From the IMG/VR virus record IMGVR_UViG_3300033066_001722, positions 25,817 to 89,816 of that record: a stretch of 64,000 nt of DNA; one strand, given 5' to 3'. Origin of the DNA: a virus. Its lineage: Duplodnaviria; Caudoviricetes. Below are positions 46,665 through 54,789 of this stretch, piece after piece. The position numbers were made by a program, and so were the translations under genes. Below the pieces are notes generated by a model. That model was not told the origin of the DNA. It worked only from the letters and a program-made list of their open reading frames with translations, and made no database searches. How positions within the stretch are numbered: position 1 is the first letter of the stretch; each line of letters opens with the position of its first letter.

Positions 46665-46722
46665 AGGAGGCGTGGCGCGTGTGCCCTCCTACCCCGCCTA
46701 AGGCTAGCGCGCTACGTCCTCC
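46665..46722 (+). terminator. imperfect long hairpin after the histone-like gene
   Basis: AGGAGGCGTGGCGCG pairs with CGCGCTACGTCCTCCT (G-U pair and one bulge). Confidence 0.4.
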
Positions 46723-46761
46723 TTCCTGTGCATTCTGGCCTCATTCCCGTTCACATCTGAC

Positions 46762-47568
46762 ATGAAGATCCGAACCTCGCAGCTGAAGTATCCAGGCGGC
46801 GTTGATGTCACACGTCTGTCTGGTCTAGCAACATTCGCCCCAAGCTGGGAGATACTCAAGCCGGCTCTGGACCTTCGACGCCAAGGACTCGAGACAGAGT
46901 CATCCTGGCAGGCGTACCGTCAAGCCTATCTACGTGAGATGCAGGCCTCTTGGATCCGCGAGCCTCTAGTCTGGCTGGAGCTGCTCGCGCGTGAGGAGGT
47001 CACGCTGAAGTGCTACTGTGAGCGTGTCTACCTACCGCGTTGTCATAGGGTTGTACTCGCAGAGTTCCTGGTTGAGCGTGCGCAGGAGCTGGAGATCACC
47101 GCTGAGTACCTCGGCGAGGTCACCCTCGGTTGGAATATCTACTCTCGCTCGAGTGATGGACAAGGGATCGCAGCTGCGCTGACGAATCCTACAGTCTTGT
47201 CTCGTAAGCATGGCCGGATACAGCAGGACTTCCCGATCGTGTTCAGAGGACGATCGTATCCGGACGTCGAAGGACCCTACTTGAAATTGGGCAAGCTTTG
47301 CGCCTCGGATCAAGAGCGTGACGAGCTGATGGTCGAACTCATTGTCCTGAAGTTCAGGACCTACCCTTGGCTCTACTTCGCCCTCCTCGAGAAGGGAGGG
47401 ATCCCGTTCCTTGAGACGTGCACCCACTTCACGTACGCAAGAACAGACGCCTTCCGCTCTTGGGAAGGCTACGGACGCAGTTCACGTTTCATTCGCAACC
47501 TCATCGAGGCCTACAGACGCGCAGAGGAGATCATATGCTCACCCAGCTTCGACGTCGAACAATCGTGA
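46762..47568 (+). CDS. DUF488-like domain fused to a NADAR-like domain
   Basis: N-terminal half: FAPSW, Y...YL.EM, VTLKCYC.....CHRVVLA. C-terminal half: YPDVEGPY, LMVELIVLKF..YP.L and WEG.G..SRF.RNL, resembling the NADAR layout. Confidence 0.6.
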   Translation: MKIRTSQLKYPGGVDVTRLSGLATFAPSWEILKPALDLRRQGLETESSWQAYRQAYLREMQASWIREPLVWLELLAREEVTLKCYCERVYLPRCHRVVLAEFLVERAQELEITAEYLGEVTLGWNIYSRSSDGQGIAAALTNPTVLSRKHGRIQQDFPIVFRGRSYPDVEGPYLKLGKLCASDQERDELMVELIVLKFRTYPWLYFALLEKGGIPFLETCTHFTYARTDAFRSWEGYGRSSRFIRNLIEAYRRAEEIICSPSFDVEQS

Positions 47569-48101
47569 TCAACCTATTTGGAGGGCCTGGCAGTGGTAAG
47601 ACGAACACCTGCTCGGCTTTGCACAATGCTCTGAAGTCCGAGGGAAGGTCCATCGAGCAGTCCCTGGAGCATCCAAAGGAGCTGATGTACGAGGATCGTT
47701 ACAAGAACCGGCGACCCTCCCTGTACGAAGAGGTCTGGTTCTTCGGAGAGCAATGTCGTCGGCTGACGATCTACCTAGGCAACGTCGACCTCGTTGTCAC
47801 CGACAAACCTCTCCTAATGAACGCCTGGTACGCGACCAAGACAGACCCAGCACTAGGCGCTGCGATGCTGGACATGTGGCGCACCGTCGCCAAGCGGATG
47901 GCTGATGACGGTCACCGGCAGATCAACTTGTATCTTGAGAGGATCTCTCCCTATCAGCAGGAGGGGAGATATCAATCAGAGGAAGAGGCTCGAGGGACAG
48001 ACCCGGAGATCCGCGCATTCCTCATCGAGGTTGGAGCGCAGGTACTACTCTCAGATGAGAACCATGCGGTGCGCTTGATCAAAGAGCTTTTGGCGGTCTA
48101 G
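47535..48101 (+). CDS. P-loop NTPase / nucleotide kinase-like (AAA_28/NadR-like)
   Basis: INLFGGPGSGKT and VVTDKPLL; RBS GAGGAG and ATG at 47535. Confidence 0.75.
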   Translation: MLTQLRRRTIVINLFGGPGSGKTNTCSALHNALKSEGRSIEQSLEHPKELMYEDRYKNRRPSLYEEVWFFGEQCRRLTIYLGNVDLVVTDKPLLMNAWYATKTDPALGAAMLDMWRTVAKRMADDGHRQINLYLERISPYQQEGRYQSEEEARGTDPEIRAFLIEVGAQVLLSDENHAVRLIKELLAV

Positions 48102-48712
48102 CGACATCGCCCGCCTCGACCTGTCTGACAGATCAACGCAACATCTTCTGCTTTCCAGTCTGCCACATCTGGCTGCGTGCAATCCCAAGCCCAAGCGCAC
48201 ATGACAGGACCAGTCGCACCTGTTCGCCCTAGCTGCGGGACATGGGTTCCGACTCCTGCGTATTGATGTCCGACCTCGTGCATGAGGAGATGACGAGCTC
48301 CAGCAGGACCTCGGTTGCCCTCTGACAAGAGGGAGGTCACAGACCCCAGCCAGCTAGGACAAACCCAAATACGCAAGTCACCAGGGATTGTCCAGGCACT
48401 ATACAAAGGACTCCCCGTCGCTGTCTTCTCGGTACAGTGCGAGACGAGATCGAGGTCGACGGTGATCGTCTGGACCGGACCCGTCCCTGACGGGTTCCAG
48501 AGCTTCTCGATCAGAACGACTGCCTCTCCAAAGGATTGGAAGGTGATACCAGGAGGTTCGCCTCGATTCAAAGACCATCTCCGGAGAGATGATGCAAGTT
48601 CGATCTTGATAGGTCGATCTCCGTCAAGAGGAGTAGGAGACTGATCCGAAGACATAGCGTCTCCACCACAGCCCCAGACGGACAAGACAGCGACTAACGC
48701 GAGATAGCGCAT
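48098..48712 (-). CDS. lipoprotein zinc metalloprotease (paralog of 9921..10451)
   Basis: Start MRYLALV at 48712 (TAATG overlap). Lipobox VWGC, HEVGHQYAGVGTH, PVMC Met-turn. Confidence 0.7.
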   Translation of the reverse strand: MRYLALVAVLSVWGCGGDAMSSDQSPTPLDGDRPIKIELASSLRRWSLNRGEPPGITFQSFGEAVVLIEKLWNPSGTGPVQTITVDLDLVSHCTEKTATGSPLYSAWTIPGDLRIWVCPSWLGSVTSLLSEGNRGPAGARHLLMHEVGHQYAGVGTHVPQLGRTGATGPVMCAWAWDCTQPDVADWKAEDVALICQTGRGGRCR

Positions 48713-49827
48713 TAGGGCACCGCTGGAGTGAAGATGAACGTCTGGCCGGTCGATCCCGTGACTCCGGTCGCGCCGGTCCCGGTGCCAGCACCACCAGCTC
48801 CACCTGAGACGTCGAGGGTGCCGCTGTTCGAGTAGGACAAGGCCTTGATCATGATCACGCCACCTCCACCTCCACCGCCTCCACCGGAGTTCGCATTGCT
48901 TGAGCTCGCTCCTGTGCCTCCTTTGGCTTCGATGATCCCTCCACTGTTGATGACGACGGCACGAGCGAAGATGCCAATGATGTCGCCTCCACAAGCACCA
49001 CTGCCACCGACTCCACCGCTCCCCTGACCTCCCATCCCACCTCCACCTCCGCCTATCGCATAGTGAATAGTCGAGCCACCTGCTGCTGGCGTATGAGTCG
49101 AGCCATACATCAAGAAATCCATGTTGACCGGCAAGCCAACTGCATTGCTGCCAAATCGAGAGGTGAGTGCTGTACCACCACCAGTCTTCCCTGCTGCTAC
49201 GCCGCCAGTGCCGCCTCCACCACCGTTTCCACCCAGAAAATAGCCCGCGGACAAGCCAGCATTGGAGGTGGGAAAGCCATCATTCTGGAAGGTGGCGTTG
49301 TATCCACCAGAGACACCTGGGCCATAAGTTCCAACCGCAGGAGCGACACATTGCGTCGCAGCAGTTGATGATGGACCTGCGGCTCCATTGCTACTGATCT
49401 TGCCGCCACTGTTGATCGTCAAAGTTCCGGAGACGAAGATCGCGAAGCGACTCGGACGCAGGTCGCAGCTGCTGTTCAAAGTCGCAGAGCTGTAGAGCAT
49501 CACCCTTGTGAGGGTGACAGTCGTAGAGCAGGTCAGAGCGCCGTCTGAACCGTCTCCAAACTCATTGCGAAAGACAGGAGTATCTGTTGCTGCGATCGCC
49601 CGTGACGTATACGCAGAGCCCGTATCGACGACGAAGTAGCCAGAGGTCGCAGGCGCTGGAGGGAGTTTTGCTTGTGTCGCTGTACTCAGCGCGATCGTCA
49701 CAGCGCCACCTGTGTTGGTCACTGTGATCCCTGTCCCGGAGACGATCGAGGTGATTGTTGGTGAGAAGAAAGCTCCGCAGAGGATCAATACGCAAAACAG
49801 GACAAGACTTCTGTATCTCTGATGCAT
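48712..49827 (-). CDS. glycine-rich fibre-like virion protein
   Basis: Repeated GGGGGGG/GGxGG tracts and a T/S-rich N-terminus. Confidence 0.65.
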   Translation of the reverse strand: MHQRYRSLVLFCVLILCGAFFSPTITSIVSGTGITVTNTGGAVTIALSTATQAKLPPAPATSGYFVVDTGSAYTSRAIAATDTPVFRNEFGDGSDGALTCSTTVTLTRVMLYSSATLNSSCDLRPSRFAIFVSGTLTINSGGKISSNGAAGPSSTAATQCVAPAVGTYGPGVSGGYNATFQNDGFPTSNAGLSAGYFLGGNGGGGGTGGVAAGKTGGGTALTSRFGSNAVGLPVNMDFLMYGSTHTPAAGGSTIHYAIGGGGGGMGGQGSGGVGGSGACGGDIIGIFARAVVINSGGIIEAKGGTGASSSNANSGGGGGGGGGVIMIKALSYSNSGTLDVSGGAGGAGTGTGATGVTGSTGQTFIFTPAVP

Positions 49828-49844
49828 GGGAGGCTCCTATCTGG

Positions 49845-51692
49845 TCACACGACTTCTGTGGTATTGATCGTACTCGATCCTGATGGGATGATCACCTGTA
49901 CGATACCGTTGAACTCCAGGGCACCACCGTAGAGAGGCATTTCCCACGTCTGCCCAGGATTGATGGGGAACGAACAGTCGGATTCACCAGATAGCGTCGC
50001 AGAACCATATTTGACATAGCAGATTCCGTTACCTACCCGATTATAGATCTTGCGAGCTTTGGCTGCTGTATTGCTTGTGAAGGCATTCTGCGCAGTCGCA
50101 CATGCGACAGTAGCCACCGTAGGTGTAGTGCCAGCACTATTGGGCGAGAGCGCGACTACGGCAGCTGGATCCGTCGTGGTTGCAGCTGTAGCAGAGGCTT
50201 TCACTGCCATCGTGTTCGTCCCATCGGTGATCGCATGAAATCCTTTGCGTGCCACAGCATCCATCGTCGGCATGGTGTACGTGCCGTCGGTGATCTTCTG
50301 AAAGCCAGGGCGTCCGACTGCGTCCATCGTCGGCGTAGTATTAGTCCCGTCTGTGCCACGCGAGTACCAGTAGGTCGCCGCACTTCCACTGCCAGCTCCC
50401 TGGACAACCGTCGCGTTGAGACTCGACGCTGTAGCCTGAGAGACTGGTAAGGTGATACCCGAGGCTCCTAGGTTCACATCAAGTCGTCCGCCAACGAGGG
50501 CTGCTGGCAGGAGACTCTTGATCTTCTTCAAGAGCCCGGTCAGTGTGGAGGCGGTGTCTGCATCGGCGAGTGCTCCGATGTTGACAGAATGTCCATCTGC
50601 CTGGGAGCTCGCAGCGTTCGTCGTCGCTACTGATCCTGTCACGGACGTCTGTAGCGTACCTGCCACAGACGCTTTGATGGCCTTCAACAATCCAGTGAGC
50701 GTCGAAGCAGTAGAGGTGTCCGCAAGAGCACCAATGTTGGCGGAGTGACCATCCGCCTGCGAGTTCGCTGCGTTGGTGGTCGCGACCGAGCCTGATACAG
50801 ACGTCTGGAGAGTTCCTGTGACTGCTGCTTTGATGGCCTTCAGAAGACCCGTCAGGGTCGAGGCCGAGGAGGCGTCCGCCAGCGTCCCGATGTTCGCGGA
50901 GTGTCCGTCTGCTTGACTACCAGCGGCGCTGGTCGTCGCTACTGATCCTGTCACGGACGTCTGTAGCGTACCTGCCACAGACGCTTTGATGGCTTTCAGG
51001 AGCCCCGTGACAGTGTACGCAGAGGACGAGTCAGCCAGTGTACCGAGATTGGCGGAGTGACCGTCTACTTGCGACGCAGCTGCACTCGTTGTCGCGAGGT
51101 TCCCAGAGAGCTGACTCTTGACCTTCTTCAAGAGTCCGGTTATCGTCGAGGCTGTATCAGCGTCGGCAAGTGTACCGATGTTGGCAGAGTGGCCGTCCGC
51201 CTGTGAGCTTGCGGCGTTCGTCGTAGCGACCGTTCCAGAGACGGAAGTCTGTACGGTTCCAGCAACAGCTGCCTTGATCGCCTTCAGCAGTCCAGTCAGG
51301 GTATACGCTGTGTCTGCGTCGGCGAGCGTGCCGATATTCGCTGAATGCCCGTCAGATTGTGTACTGGCGGCACTCGTCACAGCGAGACTCCCTGCGAGCT
51401 GACCTTTGATCTTCTTCAGAAGACCTGTCAAGGTCGAAGCTGTATCCGCATCGGCAAGAGAGCCGATATTCACGGAGTGGCCGTCTGCCTGACTCCCTGC
51501 AGAGTTCGTACTGCCAGTCTCACCACCTGCGTCTGTGACGACGAACGCGTACGAAAGTCGCTTACCAACGACGTTGACCTCCTGGATCGCGATGTCGTAC
51601 GCGACCAGAGAGCCGGCAGAGAGGAGCTCAGCGTCGATCTTGGACTTGATCGCAGCTTCAGTCGTGAGTCCTGTGATGTCTACGACGATCAT
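49845..51692 (-). CDS. repeat-containing fibre protein
   Basis: RBS GAGGAG, start MIVVDI at 51692. Seven SQxDGHSxNxGxLAD...TGLLKxxK repeats. Confidence 0.75.
   Translation of the reverse strand: MIVVDITGLTTEAAIKSKIDAELLSAGSLVAYDIAIQEVNVVGKRLSYAFVVTDAGGETGSTNSAGSQADGHSVNIGSLADADTASTLTGLLKKIKGQLAGSLAVTSAASTQSDGHSANIGTLADADTAYTLTGLLKAIKAAVAGTVQTSVSGTVATTNAASSQADGHSANIGTLADADTASTITGLLKKVKSQLSGNLATTSAAASQVDGHSANLGTLADSSSAYTVTGLLKAIKASVAGTLQTSVTGSVATTSAAGSQADGHSANIGTLADASSASTLTGLLKAIKAAVTGTLQTSVSGSVATTNAANSQADGHSANIGALADTSTASTLTGLLKAIKASVAGTLQTSVTGSVATTNAASSQADGHSVNIGALADADTASTLTGLLKKIKSLLPAALVGGRLDVNLGASGITLPVSQATASSLNATVVQGAGSGSAATYWYSRGTDGTNTTPTMDAVGRPGFQKITDGTYTMPTMDAVARKGFHAITDGTNTMAVKASATAATTTDPAAVVALSPNSAGTTPTVATVACATAQNAFTSNTAAKARKIYNRVGNGICYVKYGSATLSGESDCSFPINPGQTWEMPLYGGALEFNGIVQVIIPSGSSTINTTEVV
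50500..51510 (-). repeat. seven tandem coding repeats of 44 or 52 aa
   Basis: Translated repeats. About 60 bp near-identical at the DNA level near 50621 and 50933 (312 bp apart = 2 x 156). Confidence 0.9.
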
Positions 51693-51696
51693 AGAT

Positions 51697-52458
51697 CTAC
51701 TCCTCGTCCCCTTCAAAGTCCATCGAGTCTATGTCGATCGAACCAACGATGTCTGCGACGATCTGCGCGATGTACTCTTCTGGAGTCATCTGACCAGATG
51801 CCTCGTGCTGCTCGTCGAAGGAGCTCGGGAGGACGCCCTTACGCCCCAGAGCCTTCTTCAGGCCCGTCTTCGTCGCCTTCGTGACGGCCTTCTTCATCAG
51901 TAGCTTCGACGTCGCGCCCTTGAACAGAGTTGACTTGCCTAGAACGCCGATGGCACTGGAGGCCACCTGTCCCTTCAAGGACAGGAGTAGTGCGAGGGTG
52001 GCGATATCCTTGAGCTGATCAATCGCGACCGTCTTCTCTTCGTCAGTCACTGGCTGTCGACGTGCCATCTTCAGCATCGTTGACGCCATGACCTTCGTCT
52101 GCGTCGCCTCGCTCTTCAGAGCACTCTTGACGTTGTTGACGAGTTCAGCTCGACCTTCCTTGGTAGTCAAGGTCTTCCAGAACTTGCCCAGCGCCTGTAC
52201 CTTCTCCTGCGCAGCTCCCTTCAGCTTGTCCACGATGCCAGTCTTCGGCGTTTCGACTCGGCCTCCGTGTTCGTCTGCGAAGTCCGGCTCGTGTCCGGAG
52301 ATACCGTTCAGTTCGTCTGGGTGTTTGCCGACGAAGTCTGGTGGTCCCTTGATGATATGGCCATCGTCGCCAATCATCACGTGGACCCCGCGGAGGGTGA
52401 GCCATTCACCCTCGTCGGCTTCAAGGAGTTGTGTGTGGAATCGAAGGAGCTGACTCAT
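51697..52458 (-). CDS. tagged internal virion protein with a hydrophobic C-terminal segment
   Basis: QLLEADE-GEWLTLRGVHVMIGDDGHIIKGPP; later IATLALLLSLKGQVASSAIGVLG. Confidence 0.75.
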   Translation of the reverse strand: MSQLLRFHTQLLEADEGEWLTLRGVHVMIGDDGHIIKGPPDFVGKHPDELNGISGHEPDFADEHGGRVETPKTGIVDKLKGAAQEKVQALGKFWKTLTTKEGRAELVNNVKSALKSEATQTKVMASTMLKMARRQPVTDEEKTVAIDQLKDIATLALLLSLKGQVASSAIGVLGKSTLFKGATSKLLMKKAVTKATKTGLKKALGRKGVLPSSFDEQHEASGQMTPEEYIAQIVADIVGSIDIDSMDFEGDEE

Positions 52459-52476
52459 GCGAGTCAGGATAAAGGA

Positions 52477-52966
52477 CTAGCTGTCGCCACTGTAAGGATT
52501 CTTCGGATCTTTGGCAGGGTAGTGGGTATAACCGCTACCTCCCGAGGATACACCTCCGGTCGACTTCACATGATGATCCGCAAGGGCTTCGATCGCATAC
52601 TGCCTCTTCGATTCACCATATCGACCTCCAATTGGCTTACCCTCTGCGTCGTACATACGATATCTAGTCTGTGTCGCGTAACCTGAAGCGATCCGGCTAC
52701 CTGCAGACCGGACCGCGACGCGATCCTCATACTTCTCGACATGGCCTACGACTTTGCCATCCACTGTGACTGGCTGCTTGTTCGAGTGGCTTCGACTCGG
52801 CGTCCTTGAACACCTTGTCGCGAAGACCCTTCGGTCCTCCTGTGACCTCGCCTGTATCGTCGTCGATCAGGATGCGAGCGCCGTTGACCGTGATCCAGCC
52901 CTCAGTAAGGAGGGTATCTAGACGTCCGAGGATCCCGTCCGCCAGTTTGCGTTCTAAGCTACTCAT
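52477..52966 (-). CDS. tagged protein split over two frames (52727..52966 and 52477..52764): frameshifted or two overlapping ORFs
   Basis: Tag ORF starts MSSLERK at 52966 with a GAGG RBS and loses similarity to its paralog after KPLE. The +1 frame continues ..KQPVTVDGKVVGHVEKY and has no good RBS. Confidence 0.55.
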
Positions 52967-53105
52967 CTTCGTCCTCGAGTTCTGCGTCCCGCAAGAGGGC
53001 AGCGGGGAGTGGGAAGTGCTCGACATCCAAGCTTCCATCCTCGTCGCGATCAGGGTCGTTCTCAGGTTCGGTTGGCTTACTCGAGCCATTCTTTGCGGAT
53101 GCCAT
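52959..53105 (-). CDS. small acidic protein (48 aa, not in the ORF track)
   Basis: Manual translation MASAKNGSSKPTEPENDPDRDEDGSLDVEHFPLPAALLRDAELEDEDE*. Fills the gap exactly; its 3' end overlaps the next ATG. Confidence 0.55.
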   Translation of the reverse strand: MASAKNGSSKPTEPENDPDRDEDGSLDVEHFPLPAALLRDAELEDEDE

Positions 53106-54111
53106 GTTTCTTGCCCCAAGCCTGGATGACCTGTGGAGCTATGTAGCTCCGTCGGGCCATCGCAGGTGTGTTGTTGAGTTGTTTGGAGACGTCTGTCGAG
53201 ACAGACTTCAAGATGCTGATGATATGACGAGCGTCTGCCTTCTTGTCACCTGTCAAGGTGGGAGGCTTCTCGTCTAGAAGACGCTCTGCTGTCGAGGTCG
53301 CGACGATCGTCCGAAGATCCTTCGTCTTGACTCCCTTCGGGAGCACAGCAGCAACAGAGTCGCTCGTAACGCCAGGGAACACGCGCTCGTTCGGCTGCTT
53401 CCCCTCGGTCAAGGACTTCAAAGCCCGGACCAGCTTCGGATCCGTGACGGTAGCCTTGTTCTCTTTACCGGCCTTGCCGACGTAGCTGATGCTGGCCTTG
53501 CCAGGGGAGAACGATAGGTGTCGCGCCTCCATCGTCGTCGCACCGTAGTGACCTGTCGAGGATAGGCTCGCAGCACCTCCAGGACGTAGTCCTGTGAGCG
53601 CGATGAGCATTGCCGCTGCATGCGCAGGGCTCTCCTCCACCTTGGAACGGAGTCGACCTAACTGCGCCTCGACCTTCGGTCGACCTGCGAGAACACGTTC
53701 CCACTTCTTGGCGGCGTTCTGCTTGTCGAACTCCGCAGAGTATCCGCGCTGCTCTCGTCCCTTGTCATCTCGCCACTTGATCAGGGCACCCTGGTGCACT
53801 CGATCAGAGTCGAGGTTCGCCATGACCTCAACGTTCTTGATGTGCGCAGCAGGTAGCTTGCTGACTCCGAGATCCTTCAGACGCTGGACGACCTCTGGGT
53901 GGAGTTGGGATCCTGCGCCTCCTCCACGTTTGGGTACGTCTCTCGTCTCGGCCTTTGTATAGCCACCGGTAGAGCCTGACCCGAAACGTCCGTCGCTATC
54001 ACGAGGATGGTCTTCCTCGCTCCAGACGTTCTCGACCATGTCGAGTGTGACATGGCGGGAGTTAAGCTGTGTCTGACCTGTGGTCAGGATCTCTTGAAGT
54101 GATCGTAGCAT
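53077..54111 (-). CDS. type IB DNA topoisomerase with an N-terminal WxxxxHPRxxxGRF motif
   Basis: TGLRPG (R), YVGKAGK (K), KDLRT (R), NNTPAMARRSYI (N, catalytic Y). Confidence 0.88.
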   Translation of the reverse strand: MLRSLQEILTTGQTQLNSRHVTLDMVENVWSEEDHPRDSDGRFGSGSTGGYTKAETRDVPKRGGGAGSQLHPEVVQRLKDLGVSKLPAAHIKNVEVMANLDSDRVHQGALIKWRDDKGREQRGYSAEFDKQNAAKKWERVLAGRPKVEAQLGRLRSKVEESPAHAAAMLIALTGLRPGGAASLSSTGHYGATTMEARHLSFSPGKASISYVGKAGKENKATVTDPKLVRALKSLTEGKQPNERVFPGVTSDSVAAVLPKGVKTKDLRTIVATSTAERLLDEKPPTLTGDKKADARHIISILKSVSTDVSKQLNNTPAMARRSYIAPQVIQAWGKKHGIRKEWLE

Positions 54112-54114
54112 TTG

Positions 54115-54789
54115 TCAACGCGTCCACTGTATCGGGCTTGGCATGACCTTGTTAGCTGTGCTAAAGGGTGCAGAGCCTACGAACTGTGAGCGCGGATTGA
54201 TCGGGCTTGGATGGTCGGTCGTATGGTACGTATAGCGATCGAAGCTGCCCACACTGTGGTTGTTCAGACTCACGCCGAACGTATCTTTGATCGCGTCACG
54301 CGCATCCTTGCCCCACAGCATGAAGTGGACAGGGTGGGCTGAACCAGCGCAGATGCCTCGCAGGAGATGTGGGAACAGGCGCTGCCACAAGCTCCGATGC
54401 GAACGCGCAAGATTTGCGCGGACTGTCAAGGTCGCGTTCAGCAGCACGACACCCTGTTCGACCCATAGGTCGAGAGTCGGTTCGACTGTACCTCCGCAAT
54501 CGCGCCTCAACTCGACAAGAACGCGTTCAAGGCTCGGTTGCTTACCCTGGCTTGGCGGGCATGCGAAAGCGCGTCCTATTGCAGCCCCTGGCGTTTGGTA
54601 TGGATCCTGGCCAAGGATGACCGCACGGACGTCGCGCCATTGCACCTCTTCCAAGGCTCGCCAGACCAAATCTGGAGGCGGTAGCGTCTGCGGATCAGCG
54701 AGTGCGGACGTGATAGGGTCGAGCATTGAGGCGAAGCCGACTGGATCGGCTGCCTCTAGTGAGGAAAGATAGTCGGTGAGATCGCTCAT
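54115..54789 (-). CDS. ung: uracil-DNA glycosylase, family 1
   Basis: VILGQDPY, QGVVLLNATLTV and HPSP. Confidence 0.92.
   Translation of the reverse strand: MSDLTDYLSSLEAADPVGFASMLDPITSALADPQTLPPPDLVWRALEEVQWRDVRAVILGQDPYQTPGAAIGRAFACPPSQGKQPSLERVLVELRRDCGGTVEPTLDLWVEQGVVLLNATLTVRANLARSHRSLWQRLFPHLLRGICAGSAHPVHFMLWGKDARDAIKDTFGVSLNNHSVGSFDRYTYHTTDHPSPINPRSQFVGSAPFSTANKVMPSPIQWTR

Noticed and set aside
48713-48994. Arg/Trp-rich extension of the 298-aa ORF
   Set aside because: An off-frame reading of the Gly-rich fibre gene. The real start is 48712.
50500-51510. Repeats as a CRISPR array or DGR template/variable pair
   Set aside because: They are in-frame coding repeats without unique spacers. 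Differences look mostly synonymous and not adenine-specific, and no reverse transcriptase is present in the window.
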